From positions 1-64,000 of the IMG/VR virus record IMGVR_UViG_3300042384_000211: a stretch of DNA of 64,000 nucleotides, one strand, 5' to 3'. The notes under the pieces are model-generated. The model searched no databases, was not told the origin of the DNA, and worked only from the letters and a program-made list of their open reading frames with translations. Source of the stretch: a virus. The translations under genes and the position numbers were made by a program. Positions 37,942-47,733 of this stretch are shown piece by piece (positions within the stretch are counted from its first letter, which is position 1; each line of letters starts with the position of its first letter).

Positions 37942-37959
37942 TTATTAATTTATAAGTGT

Positions 37960-37988
37960 ATTATACAGCCATTTTGCCATCTTGTCAA
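37960..37988 (-). promoter_or_regulatory. Sigma70-type promoter for the ligase
   Basis: TTGACA-17-TATAAT. Confidence 0.75.
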
Positions 37989-37989
37989 C

Positions 37990-38166
37990 CTAAGATTTGC
38001 CCCAGTTGACCTGTAACCATATACGTTCCATTACGTAATGAAGTGCCGCTAACACTATATGAATTGCAATTGCTTGCCCGAGTCCTGTCCACAATGCTGT
38101 AATTGCCAAAGCCGCAAATCGATAACTTAGTGTGCGAGCAAGGGTTCGTATATGTGTTTCTGTCAT
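37990..38166 (-). CDS. Small membrane protein, DUF2061-like (58 aa)
   Basis: Hand-translated MTETHIRTLARTLSYR...HYVMERIWLQVNWG; ATGA overlap with the halogenase. Confidence 0.7.
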   Translation of the reverse strand: MTETHIRTLARTLSYRFAALAITALWTGLGQAIAIHIVLAALHYVMERIWLQVNWGKS

Positions 38167-39767
38167 TTATATATTGTGCTTTTTAGAAATGCGTAATGTG
38201 TAGGTAATGCATCGACAACTTTAACAGTTTGTGCTCGGTGTTCGCGCCATGTGTTCCATGTATTAGTAGCCATATCAACGGGTTCGCTGTACTGATTATT
38301 ATTAAAATCTACTCTGCTACTATCAATAACGTTGTGCCCCATGCCTGCAATGATATATGCTATTCCGCCCATGTCGTTGCCTACTACACGCGACCTATGA
38401 AGTCGATATGCAATGTCATTGTATGAACCTAATACGCCAGCTTTAAAATCATACATCTGTTGTGAATATGTAGTTTCTTCACTAACATGATTCCAGTATG
38501 CACTATCATTACGCATAGACAAGGCATAGTGCTGACTGATAAAGTCTTTAAATCCTGTAATTTGTTCACGAAATGCAAAATTAAATGCATCAACATCAAA
38601 CCGCGTAACTCTGCCATTGCGCATTTTGAGTAGATTTACCATCTTAATAATACATTCATGTGTAAGCATTAAACCAGTTGATTCAAGTGGCTCAATGAAT
38701 CCATTTGATAGACCTATACCAATAACATTCTTTTCCCAGGTACGTTCATGTACACCATGTTTAATAGCAATATGTCGAACTTCCATTGCGTCAACACGTG
38801 CAACATCTTGTACTGTCATTCTATTAGATTTTAAATGATTTTTAAATTGTTCTTCTGCTTGTTCTTTTGTTGCAAATTTACTTGAGTAAACATACCCCGT
38901 GCCAAGTCTATCCCACAAAGGGATATTCCAAACCCATCCTGCTTCAATTGCAGTACAACTTGTAACGCACTCCATTTCTTTATCTTTATCGATATATGGA
39001 ATAACACCTGCTACTGCGCTATCATTTAATAGTGTGTCATGGAATGATATGAATGGAACTTTTAATGTTTGTTCGAGTAACAGTGATCTAAAACCCGTAC
39101 AGTCAATAAACAAATCTGCTGTTAGCTCACCATTCTTTTCAGTTACAATAGTATCAATGTGTCCTTTTGCATCCATTGTTGCGGTTAACACGTTATCTAG
39201 AATATGTGTCATACCCACCGGCAAACATAAATGGTCACGTAGATAATTACCAAATAGAGTTGCATCCATATGATATGCTGTGTCGGATTTAAAATTAAAT
39301 CCACGTATTAGATGATCCTCATTCTTTGTCATTTTATTTGCATCAGTCATTATAACCTGATCGTGATAAAATTCTGCAAATGAATATGGATCAATATTAG
39401 GTAGTGTTGCGGCACCAATAAACCATTCCATTAGACCTCTGGGCTTATCAGTAAAGTCATATCTACCAAACGGGTAATGAAATACTTGTGGCTTTTCTGT
39501 TGGGTTTTCTCTAAAATCGATAAACTTAATTGATGTCTTATATGTTGCGTTACAGTGCTTCATCCAATCTTCATCTTTAAGACCAAGATAGTGAAGGAAT
39601 TCGTTTATCTGTCCGATTGTACTTTCGCCTACTCCAATTGTTGGGATATTGGGCGACTCGATTAGAGTAAGTTTAACGTGTGGTAATTGTTTTGATATAG
39701 CAGCCGCTGTCATCCATCCCGAACTGCCACCACCTACAATAGTTATTCTTTCAATTTTGTTTCTCAT
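38163..39767 (-). CDS. Flavin-dependent halogenase (tryptophan halogenase family)
   Basis: GGGSSG, GVGEST, catalytic-Lys region ATYK, FIDCTGF, WVWNIP and FIEPLESTG. Confidence 0.88.
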   Translation of the reverse strand: MRNKIERITIVGGGSSGWMTAAAISKQLPHVKLTLIESPNIPTIGVGESTIGQINEFLHYLGLKDEDWMKHCNATYKTSIKFIDFRENPTEKPQVFHYPFGRYDFTDKPRGLMEWFIGAATLPNIDPYSFAEFYHDQVIMTDANKMTKNEDHLIRGFNFKSDTAYHMDATLFGNYLRDHLCLPVGMTHILDNVLTATMDAKGHIDTIVTEKNGELTADLFIDCTGFRSLLLEQTLKVPFISFHDTLLNDSAVAGVIPYIDKDKEMECVTSCTAIEAGWVWNIPLWDRLGTGYVYSSKFATKEQAEEQFKNHLKSNRMTVQDVARVDAMEVRHIAIKHGVHERTWEKNVIGIGLSNGFIEPLESTGLMLTHECIIKMVNLLKMRNGRVTRFDVDAFNFAFREQITGFKDFISQHYALSMRNDSAYWNHVSEETTYSQQMYDFKAGVLGSYNDIAYRLHRSRVVGNDMGGIAYIIAGMGHNVIDSSRVDFNNNQYSEPVDMATNTWNTWREHRAQTVKVVDALPTHYAFLKSTIYK

Positions 39768-41008
39768 ACTACTTTCCTTAGTTGCAATGCAGAATCGATA
39801 TCATCTGTACCAAATGTACGTTCGCATTGATGACAATCCCAACACTGATTTCTACACGTTGTTAATAGTTTCTCTAACTTCTTACCCGGAGCAGTCGACC
39901 ATATGCCAGTATAAATTGTGTAAGTTGTTTTATAATCTTCTTTAGTAAATCGTGTATCAATCCAACCAGGAATCCAATCGTGTAACGGTGCAAGATTATT
40001 ATCGACTATATCTTTATAGTTATCTGCGTATACTGTGTTGCCAATATTTGTGTTCTGTTGATCTAGTTTTTGTGTCTTATAAAACCATACTGCTTTAGCA
40101 TACTTGGCATCTTTAGCAAGGAATGGTGCTTGAGTTAATCGTCCGGAGAATTTAAATATATCAACTAGATCTAAAAATTGATTTAATGTTTTTGCATCAA
40201 CAGCAACTAAGTCAATGCCCACTCGCGGTAATTGTTTAAATGCTTCCGAACCACGCCAGCCATTACACGAAAGATTGGCGGCATCTCTAAAATACTCAGT
40301 GCTTATAACTTCGCCTACGCTATCGTGTTCTTTCTTAAACGGGCAATGGTAAACACATGCTTCGGCAATCAGCAATGATGTTAGTAATTTCTTTTGGGGG
40401 TTTTTGCCATTAAGATAGTCCTGTGCCTTCTTAATCTTTTTAAGTTCTTTAATGTTTCTATTTAAACTTCTGTCTAATAAAATAGTATTGTATCCAAGAT
40501 ACGCATAGTCAATAAATTGCTGTGCGTCGGATACAATTTGATTTACTGTGCTTTTCCATCGCATATCAGGGCAGCGTGTTTGTAACTCACCTGTACGCAA
40601 TATGTGTTCGCTTGACATAGTACAACTACGTAATCCACGATCATAATATGAACCAATCCATTGCACAAACTGTTGTCTAATTTCGTAATTGAATATTACT
40701 TCGTGCGGTACTTCAACAGTGTTAAATGTAAGTGATATTTCAACACCAAGTTCTTCTTGTATTTTAAATAGGTAATCAATGTGAGTGTCCGATGCTTCGA
40801 CTCCCATTGGATTTCCACATCGTTTATCTACACCATTGTAATTATAGTAAAAGTATTTGCCAAAGTAGATATCGTGAATATTGTCTAAAAATTCAGGACT
40901 TGCATTCTTAAACATTGTATAATAAGCATCAGCATGTTCTTCTGAGAGTCTATCCCAGTGTGCCATTGAAAATCGTTTCGAGTATGTGGTCATACTAATA
41001 TTATACAC
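39764..41008 (-). CDS. U32-family ('peptidase U32', Fe-S) protein
   Basis: LDRSLNR, LLIAEACVYHCPF...H, FKFSGR and C-terminal CRNQCWDCHQC. Confidence 0.6.
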   Translation of the reverse strand: MYNISMTTYSKRFSMAHWDRLSEEHADAYYTMFKNASPEFLDNIHDIYFGKYFYYNYNGVDKRCGNPMGVEASDTHIDYLFKIQEELGVEISLTFNTVEVPHEVIFNYEIRQQFVQWIGSYYDRGLRSCTMSSEHILRTGELQTRCPDMRWKSTVNQIVSDAQQFIDYAYLGYNTILLDRSLNRNIKELKKIKKAQDYLNGKNPQKKLLTSLLIAEACVYHCPFKKEHDSVGEVISTEYFRDAANLSCNGWRGSEAFKQLPRVGIDLVAVDAKTLNQFLDLVDIFKFSGRLTQAPFLAKDAKYAKAVWFYKTQKLDQQNTNIGNTVYADNYKDIVDNNLAPLHDWIPGWIDTRFTKEDYKTTYTIYTGIWSTAPGKKLEKLLTTCRNQCWDCHQCERTFGTDDIDSALQLRKVV

Positions 41009-41029
41009 GAAACGATTGTGTATTACAAC

Positions 41030-41437
41030 CTATTGCGGGTTATTTGCTTGCACCTGTGCAATATTCCACGCTAGTACTGCGGCAGGATCATCTTTTGGTA
41101 TTGCACCTTTAACTGCTGTTATGTGTGTTGACCACGGACCAACATTGCTAATTGTACCCGTTGCTTGCAATTCTTTATATAACATATCCAATTGATTACC
41201 AATGTCTGTATATGCAATCGAACGTGCAATTTTATATGCATTTTCAGTAAACCCCGGCATTGATAACATATCAAATGCTTTAAATGTCTGTGTGTCTGCA
41301 TCATAGGTGTGCGATGATGTTGTATCGTCTGGGCAATCAATCCAACTAAAATCTGGGGATACTTCAAATTCACTACCAATCTCTACTACGTCACAAACTC
41401 TACCTAATTCTGCACTATGTATTAATGCTCTTTTCAT
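41030..41437 (-). CDS. Putative tail fibre assembly-like protein
   Basis: WIDCPD and R..AY..IGNQLDMLY...W..HI.AVK..IPK; follows fibre-like genes. Confidence 0.55.
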   Translation of the reverse strand: MKRALIHSAELGRVCDVVEIGSEFEVSPDFSWIDCPDDTTSSHTYDADTQTFKAFDMLSMPGFTENAYKIARSIAYTDIGNQLDMLYKELQATGTISNVGPWSTHITAVKGAIPKDDPAAVLAWNIAQVQANNPQ

Positions 41438-41451
41438 TTTACTGCACTCCT

Positions 41452-42114
41452 TTATTTATATTCCCATACAACTACTAGCCCATTCATCCCACCTTGGCCA
41501 CCTAAATTTTCGTTTGTAACACCGCCTGTACCACCTGCTCCAGGTGCCGCTGTTCTTGTTCCACCAGGATTTTGATGTCGTCCAGTTAAATTAGAATTTC
41601 CGCCCCAATAACTAGGGCCGCCTTTACCTATTGCTCCGTTGCCCATAGAATTACCATGACCGGTTCCGGATCCACCGTATAGATTAATATCGCCGCCAGA
41701 TCCAACACCACCAAACCCACCTGTATGACCAAGATTCTGATTAGATCCATATCCACCAGTGGCAGAACAGTATGCACCAAATGAACTTGTACCACCAGCG
41801 TTGCCGCCAGAATAAGCTGCTAATAGGCCGCCGCCACCTACTGTAACTGCAACAGTAGAAACTGCGGTTACATCCAGCCTCTTTTCACTAAATCCACCAC
41901 CACCACCACTTTCACAGTATGATGACCCACCACCACCACCACCAACAACTTTAACTACAATATTCGTACAGCCAGATGGTTTAGTCCATGTGCCTGATGC
42001 TGTAAAGGTCGATATAGATAATAACTTACCTGTACTAATCGAGCTGTCAAAATTAGATAATTGTATCGAATTATCTGAAAAAGTAATACCATTCATACCT
42101 AATGTGATTGCCAT
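41452..42114 (-). CDS. Glycine-rich virion/fibre-tip protein (paralogue 3)
   Basis: FTASGTWTKPSG, VVGGGGGG and GLVVVWEY. Confidence 0.7.
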   Translation of the reverse strand: MAITLGMNGITFSDNSIQLSNFDSSISTGKLLSISTFTASGTWTKPSGCTNIVVKVVGGGGGGSSYCESGGGGGFSEKRLDVTAVSTVAVTVGGGGLLAAYSGGNAGGTSSFGAYCSATGGYGSNQNLGHTGGFGGVGSGGDINLYGGSGTGHGNSMGNGAIGKGGPSYWGGNSNLTGRHQNPGGTRTAAPGAGGTGGVTNENLGGQGGMNGLVVVWEYK

Positions 42115-42123
42115 GTTATTCCC

Positions 42124-42795
42124 TCAACTATATGCATAAACGATAACAAGACCGGACTCGCCATTTGCAATACCAGCGCCGCCGCTGCCATCATTTGTTC
42201 TACCACCAGGCCCGCCTGTTCCTGGTGATCCGTTATATAATTTATTACTTGTGGTGGCTCGATTTACTGTGCCACTCGACCCAAAGAATGTTCCGCCGCC
42301 TTGACCACCAGGGAAATGGCCACCACTATTTGTGTGACCTGTTCCGACTCCGCCATATAGATTTATACTTCCGCCACTGCCTAATCCCGGGTTGCCGCCA
42401 CAGTGAGAACCTCCTGTATTTGCACCATCACCACCAGTTGCAGAACAGTATGCACCAAATGAACTTGTACCACCAGCTGCGCCAGCTGCGTAGTAACTAA
42501 CCGAGGAACCACCACCGCCTACTGTAACTGCAACTGTGGCAACTGCTGTGACATCAATAACCTTTTCCGAATAACCGCCACCGCCACCACTTTCGCAATA
42601 CCCAGCGGCGCCACCGCCACCGCCCACAAGTTTAACTAACACAGACGTACACCCAGCAGGTTTGGTCCAAGTACCCGTTGTAGTAAATGAAGTTATATTA
42701 ATAATTCTACCCTCATCTATCGTACTGTCAAATTTGGTACTTTGACTCGTAGAATCAGGAAAAGTGATTCCTGTTGCGGTTAATGTAATTGCCAT
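42124..42795 (-). CDS. Glycine-rich virion/fibre-tip protein (paralogue 2)
   Basis: Same architecture as its neighbours. Confidence 0.7.
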   Translation of the reverse strand: MAITLTATGITFPDSTSQSTKFDSTIDEGRIINITSFTTTGTWTKPAGCTSVLVKLVGGGGGAAGYCESGGGGGYSEKVIDVTAVATVAVTVGGGGSSVSYYAAGAAGGTSSFGAYCSATGGDGANTGGSHCGGNPGLGSGGSINLYGGVGTGHTNSGGHFPGGQGGGTFFGSSGTVNRATTSNKLYNGSPGTGGPGGRTNDGSGGAGIANGESGLVIVYAYS

Positions 42796-42804
42796 GATAA
42801 TTCC

Positions 42805-44124
42805 TTATCTATATTCATATACAACAACTAATCCCGAGGCACCTGCACTGCCTACCCATCCTTGCATTGCTCCGCCACATCCACCAGCGCCAGGCGCTGA
42901 ATAGCCAACATCAGCATTAGTGGAATGTGATGCTCTTTTTCCGCCACCCCAATAACCCGCTCCGCCGGTGCCAACTGCTTCTCTGCCGCCAGTATCTCCG
43001 TGGCCAGTCCCTGTGCCACCTAGAAAGTTGACATCACCACTAGAACCAACCCCACCGTGGCCACCTGTATGACTTGCATGTTGGTTTGCTCCATACCCGC
43101 CGGTGGCGGAGCAGTAAGACCCAAATGAACTTGTACCACCGTTTCCACCTGCTGCGTAGTAACCAACAGCACTCCCACCGCCGCCTACTGTAACTGCAAC
43201 AGTAGATATTTGTGCAACATCTATTACTTTTTCTGAGTAACCACCGGCGCCGCCACTTTCGCAGTATGATGCTGCGCCGCCACCGGCGCCGACTACTTTA
43301 ACAATAATTCGAGTACACGCCGGTGGTTTAATCCAGGTACCTGAACTCGTAAATGTTGTAGTAGACATTAGTTTTCCGGCATCTTTTGCACTGTCAAAAT
43401 TAGTACTTTGACTCGTAGAATCAGGAAAAGTAATTCGTTCCGAATCAGATGGATTAGACAATAACCTCTGCATTGACGGGTGTGTTCCGTCAATGCAGTC
43501 GATCCTCGGATAGAAAAATTCAAGATGGGTAGTAGCCTCTGCACAATAGTAATGATATGTTCGATGCACCGCAGTAGTTGTTCCTGCTACCCACCTACAA
43601 TCGTTTGGTACATTACCTGCATTCCACCCAACTCTTCCTGAGGTGGTATAATATCCACTGTCGTCGTGTGGCAACCGACTATAATATGTTGCTGGATAAC
43701 AATGACCCACAAAAAGATACCATTGATTTTGTGTTAACGCAGAAGTTCCGCGATAATCAAAATATGGGTTGGTATTTACAACATCATTATCTAATCCTAC
43801 TGTAGAACCCGAACTGCTTTGTAGACCAAAGTAGAATGTTCCGCCGCCAGTTGCTGATGTTCGTTTAACCCAGACAGAAAATCTATATAATTTAGATGAA
43901 TCGATAGATACTCCACTAGTGTTCCATCCGCCGTCGGCTCCACTATTGCCCGATGGAACTGATTGCCAAACCATTGCAGCATTGCCCCAGGGATCCGTGC
44001 CAATATATCTGTTTTGTTCTCCAGTATCACCATTTGCAGAAAATATACCAACACTGCCAGATCCAGCAGTCCAAGATGATGGGTCTAATAGATTATAGTT
44101 AGAAGTAGTTAAGCTAACTGCCAC
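42805..44124 (-). CDS. Glycine-rich virion protein with an extra N-terminal aromatic-rich beta domain (paralogue 1)
   Basis: About 220 aa insertion before ITFPDSTSQST, then the Gly-rich domain. Confidence 0.7.
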   Translation of the reverse strand: MAVSLTTSNYNLLDPSSWTAGSGSVGIFSANGDTGEQNRYIGTDPWGNAAMVWQSVPSGNSGADGGWNTSGVSIDSSKLYRFSVWVKRTSATGGGTFYFGLQSSSGSTVGLDNDVVNTNPYFDYRGTSALTQNQWYLFVGHCYPATYYSRLPHDDSGYYTTSGRVGWNAGNVPNDCRWVAGTTTAVHRTYHYYCAEATTHLEFFYPRIDCIDGTHPSMQRLLSNPSDSERITFPDSTSQSTNFDSAKDAGKLMSTTTFTSSGTWIKPPACTRIIVKVVGAGGGAASYCESGGAGGYSEKVIDVAQISTVAVTVGGGGSAVGYYAAGGNGGTSSFGSYCSATGGYGANQHASHTGGHGGVGSSGDVNFLGGTGTGHGDTGGREAVGTGGAGYWGGGKRASHSTNADVGYSAPGAGGCGGAMQGWVGSAGASGLVVVYEYR

Positions 44125-44125
44125 G

Positions 44126-44884
44126 TTAAAGTCCTTTTAACTGATTTACTTCAGCCCTTAATTCTTTAATTGCTTCGATTAATAACGGAATTAATTTTTC
44201 GTATTGTACAGTAAGGTAGTTTTCGCCCGAACTACTTGTACCATCTTCAGCAATATCAAATGGAGCAGGTTTGACTGCTTCTGGTTGTACTTGTTGTACA
44301 TCTTGTGCAAACACGCCAACTTGTTGTGAGTAATCATTATACCCAAACTGTTCAGCTAATGCATTTTGTGTGTACATTAGTCCAGTAAGTTGATCTACTT
44401 TGTCTAATGGGTTTTCAATTGTTTTGAAATTTGTTTTTAATCGTTTGTCTGAATAAAATGCTGTAATGGCATTTGTTGCACGTATCTCACCTGTTATTCC
44501 ACTTGCAGCAGTACCTATACCAAGTGACTGCACTTGCGTTGTACCTGATGCCACTATTGTTGCTGTAGATAAAGATGCGGCTGTTGCAGCGGCAAGCGAC
44601 GAAGTTGTACTAACTGTAAGCGTAGTTACTCCTAATGTAGCAATGTTTATTGCTCCAGCAACATATAAATTACCGCCAATGCCCACACCGCCTGTTACTA
44701 TTAAGGCACCCGAGGCCGAACTAGTACTTGCTGTACTATTTGTAACTGCTAAACTTGCCGCTGTTAAGTTTGTACCAGCTGTAGTATTGCGCACCCAAGC
44801 TGTTTTGGTACTATTATAAGTGTATGTAATTCCATTTGCTGTTACTTGTTGCCCATTGGTTGGACCAGTTGGAAATCCTGCCAT
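44126..44884 (-). CDS. Tail fibre protein with a C-terminal intramolecular chaperone (peptidase S74)
   Basis: FYSDKRLK cleavage motif, GVFAQDVQ and YEKLIPLLIEAIKEL. Confidence 0.8.
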   Translation of the reverse strand: MAGFPTGPTNGQQVTANGITYTYNSTKTAWVRNTTAGTNLTAASLAVTNSTASTSSASGALIVTGGVGIGGNLYVAGAINIATLGVTTLTVSTTSSLAAATAASLSTATIVASGTTQVQSLGIGTAASGITGEIRATNAITAFYSDKRLKTNFKTIENPLDKVDQLTGLMYTQNALAEQFGYNDYSQQVGVFAQDVQQVQPEAVKPAPFDIAEDGTSSSGENYLTVQYEKLIPLLIEAIKELRAEVNQLKGL

Positions 44885-44886
44885 GA

Positions 44887-47733
44887 TTAAAATCTTCCTA
44901 TTGCTACTTCAATTAATTTAATTTCGTTAGTTTCGATTGTTTCTAAGCTCTTACCTATTATACAACCCGGAGTATATTCACTCATACTTAATCGTTGTGC
45001 TGTACCATGAGTGCTACTGGAAACTAATCTATCACCTTTATTTACCGGCCCCTTTACTTGACATGGTACTCTTCCGGTTAGTGCAACTGCTACTCCGATA
45101 ATATCATTATTCATTAGATATGCAGGATTTGTAGTTACGACCCCAGCAACCGTAGGATCATGCGAGTTGGTTGATATTGTAACTTCCTGTAATCCTCCAA
45201 ATATTAAAACAGTACCTGGGTTATACTCATTATCTGATGTATATTTTTCTGCCAAATCGGCATATTGAGCCGAAGTTGATTTTGCAAATATAGTATTAAA
45301 TGTAGCACCACTAGCTCCGATATTCCCTACTCCATTTGTACCACCATTAATAATGGCAGTAGTAGGACTACCAGTAATAGTATGTGCTCCAGAACTAAAT
45401 GTAGTACCTATAGATCCGGCGCCCGAAATACTTAACGTGGTTCCGGTTACCGTAGATACTGCAACATTTAGCGGAGTTGATGTTATATCAACCCATTGGC
45501 TACTATCGCCATCATTTACATATGAGAATGTTATATCTGTTGCAGTATCGTACCATACATCATTTGATTTTGGGCTACTTGGAGCAGTGATACCAGCAGT
45601 ATAGACAGGTATTGCGGCATTGGCACCAGTAACTGAATTAGTAACTGTGGTAATTGCGGCATCAGTATAACCTTTAAGTGCTGTGTTAGCAGTAACTATA
45701 GCAGCATTGGCACCTGCTATTTGATTTGACTGTATAGTATTAGCCGCATCAACATATCCTTTCATGTTGGTGTTGGCTGTGGTTACTGATGAACTAGTAG
45801 TCGATATCTGACCATCAACATAACCCTTCATGTTGGTGTTTGCTGTAGTGACATTTGCCTGTACGTTGCCAATCATTGATGTCAGTGATGCACTTAAATT
45901 AGCATCATTACCTAATGCAGCTGCCAGTTCATTTAATGTGTCTAATGTGCTCGGAGCGCCATTAACTAAACTAGTAATCTGGCCGTCAACATAACCTTTC
46001 ATGTTAGTGTTGGCAGTGATTATTTGACCGTTTTGAGTTGCAGCATTTGAGGTTAATGTGGTATTGATAGCATCAATATAACCTTTCATGTTGGTATTAG
46101 CAGTTGTGATTGCACTCGAAGTAGTTGATATCTGTTCGTCAACATAACCTTTCATGTTGGTGTTAGCAGTGGTCGTGGTACTTATTTGTCCGTCAACATA
46201 CCCTTTCATGTTAGTATTAGCTGTGGTAACTAAATTATCAGTATAGCCTTTGAGATTGGTATTAGCAGTTGTGATTGCACTCGAAGTAGTTGATATCTGT
46301 TCGTCAACATAACCTTTCATGTTGGTGTTAGCAGTGGTCGTGGTACTTATTTGTCCGTCAACATACCCTTTCATGTTAGTATTAGCTGTGGTAACTAAAT
46401 TATCAGTATAGCCTTTGAGATTGGTATTAGCAGTTGTAATACTTGAGTTTACTGTAGTAATCTGCCCATCAGTATAACCTTTTAAATTAGTATTAGCTGT
46501 GGTAAATGCTGTTGACAGTGTGGTGATTATAGAAACGCCGTTAGCGTAATTATGCGCATCTGAATATAGTGCACCTGCAAATATATTACCAGCTACACCT
46601 ATGCCACCAACTATCTGCATAGTGCCCGTAGCAGTGCTTGTACTAGCAACTTCGGCGTTGGCTAAAACTACACCATTACCTGAGAAATAACGTAAACTCG
46701 CTGCACCGCCAAACGCAGAAGAATTGTTAAATTGTATTTGTGAATCTGCTCCCCCTGGAGTGCCGCCGCCAGCAGCTAAGTTAGTACCTACACCTGCACT
46801 TAATCCTGATAGATCAAAATATCCGCCGCGAGCTGTTCCGCCTCCTTCGAAAATTCTTAATCTATTTTGGAATACATCAATAACAACATTGCCAGCTAAA
46901 GTAGTATTGGTCGCTGACGGAGCTAGGTTAAGTTGTCCACCCTCGTCACCACCCGGGGATGTAACAAATAATTCTGTAGTCGTAACTGGTCCGGAGAATG
47001 TTGCACCACTCAGATTTGCCTTAGTTGTATTCAGCGATGCTATTGATGCAGACTGTGCTCCGGCATTAGCAAACAATGTGGCTATGTCACCTGCTTGTAC
47101 AGCGGCATTTGATGTGAGTGTTGTTAGTGACCCTGCTTGCACACCTGCATTAGCAAATAATGTAGCAATATCTCCTGATTGAACAGCCGCATTTGATGTT
47201 AATGTAGCTAATGATCCGCTTACTGTACCTAGGTTAGAAGTTAGGGTAGAATTAATTGCATCAACATACCCTTTCATTGCTGTGTTGGCTGTGGTGACGT
47301 TTGATTGGACATTAGAAATTAATGATGTTAATGTAACACTTAAATTGGCATCACTACCGAGAGCATTAGCAATTTCATTTAATGTATCTAAGGTTGCGGG
47401 AGCACCGTTAACTAGATTAGTAATTTGTCCGTCAATATAACCTTTTAATGCAGTGTTGGCAGTTACTATTTGCCCACTTAATGCTCCTGCATTAGCTATA
47501 ACCCCTGCTAATATACTAACACCATTGGCATAATTGTAATTTGCTGCTGATATATTACCAGTTACAACCAGCGAGCTTAATGTACCCACAGAAGTAATAT
47601 TACCCTGCGTATTTGCTGACAAATTACCAGATACTGTAGGGGTACTAGTTGATCCATCGGATACTACCTGCCCTGCAATAGATATTTTCTTTGATACATT
47701 GTCAAATTTAAATGAACGTATACGTGACGACAT
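44887..47733 (-). CDS. Long tail fibre with coiled-coil TANTNMKGYVD repeats and a C-terminal autoproteolytic-chaperone-like domain
   Basis: More than 10 repeats, GAPxTLDTLNE motifs and YADLAE...GRVPC...IIGK C-terminus. Confidence 0.8.
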   Translation of the reverse strand: MSSRIRSFKFDNVSKKISIAGQVVSDGSTSTPTVSGNLSANTQGNITSVGTLSSLVVTGNISAANYNYANGVSILAGVIANAGALSGQIVTANTALKGYIDGQITNLVNGAPATLDTLNEIANALGSDANLSVTLTSLISNVQSNVTTANTAMKGYVDAINSTLTSNLGTVSGSLATLTSNAAVQSGDIATLFANAGVQAGSLTTLTSNAAVQAGDIATLFANAGAQSASIASLNTTKANLSGATFSGPVTTTELFVTSPGGDEGGQLNLAPSATNTTLAGNVVIDVFQNRLRIFEGGGTARGGYFDLSGLSAGVGTNLAAGGGTPGGADSQIQFNNSSAFGGAASLRYFSGNGVVLANAEVASTSTATGTMQIVGGIGVAGNIFAGALYSDAHNYANGVSIITTLSTAFTTANTNLKGYTDGQITTVNSSITTANTNLKGYTDNLVTTANTNMKGYVDGQISTTTTANTNMKGYVDEQISTTSSAITTANTNLKGYTDNLVTTANTNMKGYVDGQISTTTTANTNMKGYVDEQISTTSSAITTANTNMKGYIDAINTTLTSNAATQNGQIITANTNMKGYVDGQITSLVNGAPSTLDTLNELAAALGNDANLSASLTSMIGNVQANVTTANTNMKGYVDGQISTTSSSVTTANTNMKGYVDAANTIQSNQIAGANAAIVTANTALKGYTDAAITTVTNSVTGANAAIPVYTAGITAPSSPKSNDVWYDTATDITFSYVNDGDSSQWVDITSTPLNVAVSTVTGTTLSISGAGSIGTTFSSGAHTITGSPTTAIINGGTNGVGNIGASGATFNTIFAKSTSAQYADLAEKYTSDNEYNPGTVLIFGGLQEVTISTNSHDPTVAGVVTTNPAYLMNNDIIGVAVALTGRVPCQVKGPVNKGDRLVSSSTHGTAQRLSMSEYTPGCIIGKSLETIETNEIKLIEVAIGRF
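46091..46437. repeat. Exact 165-bp tandem duplication inside the tail fibre gene
   Basis: Units start at 46091, 46256 and (partial) 46421. Confidence 0.85.

Noticed and set aside
41452-44124. Diversity-generating retroelement TR/VR pair among the Gly-rich paralogues
   Set aside because: No reverse transcriptase is in the window, differences are not adenine-specific, and all copies are intact coding genes.
45650-47470. Repeats resembling a CRISPR array
   Set aside because: They are in-frame, degenerate at third codon positions and encode coiled-coil fibre repeats; there are no unique spacers or cas genes.
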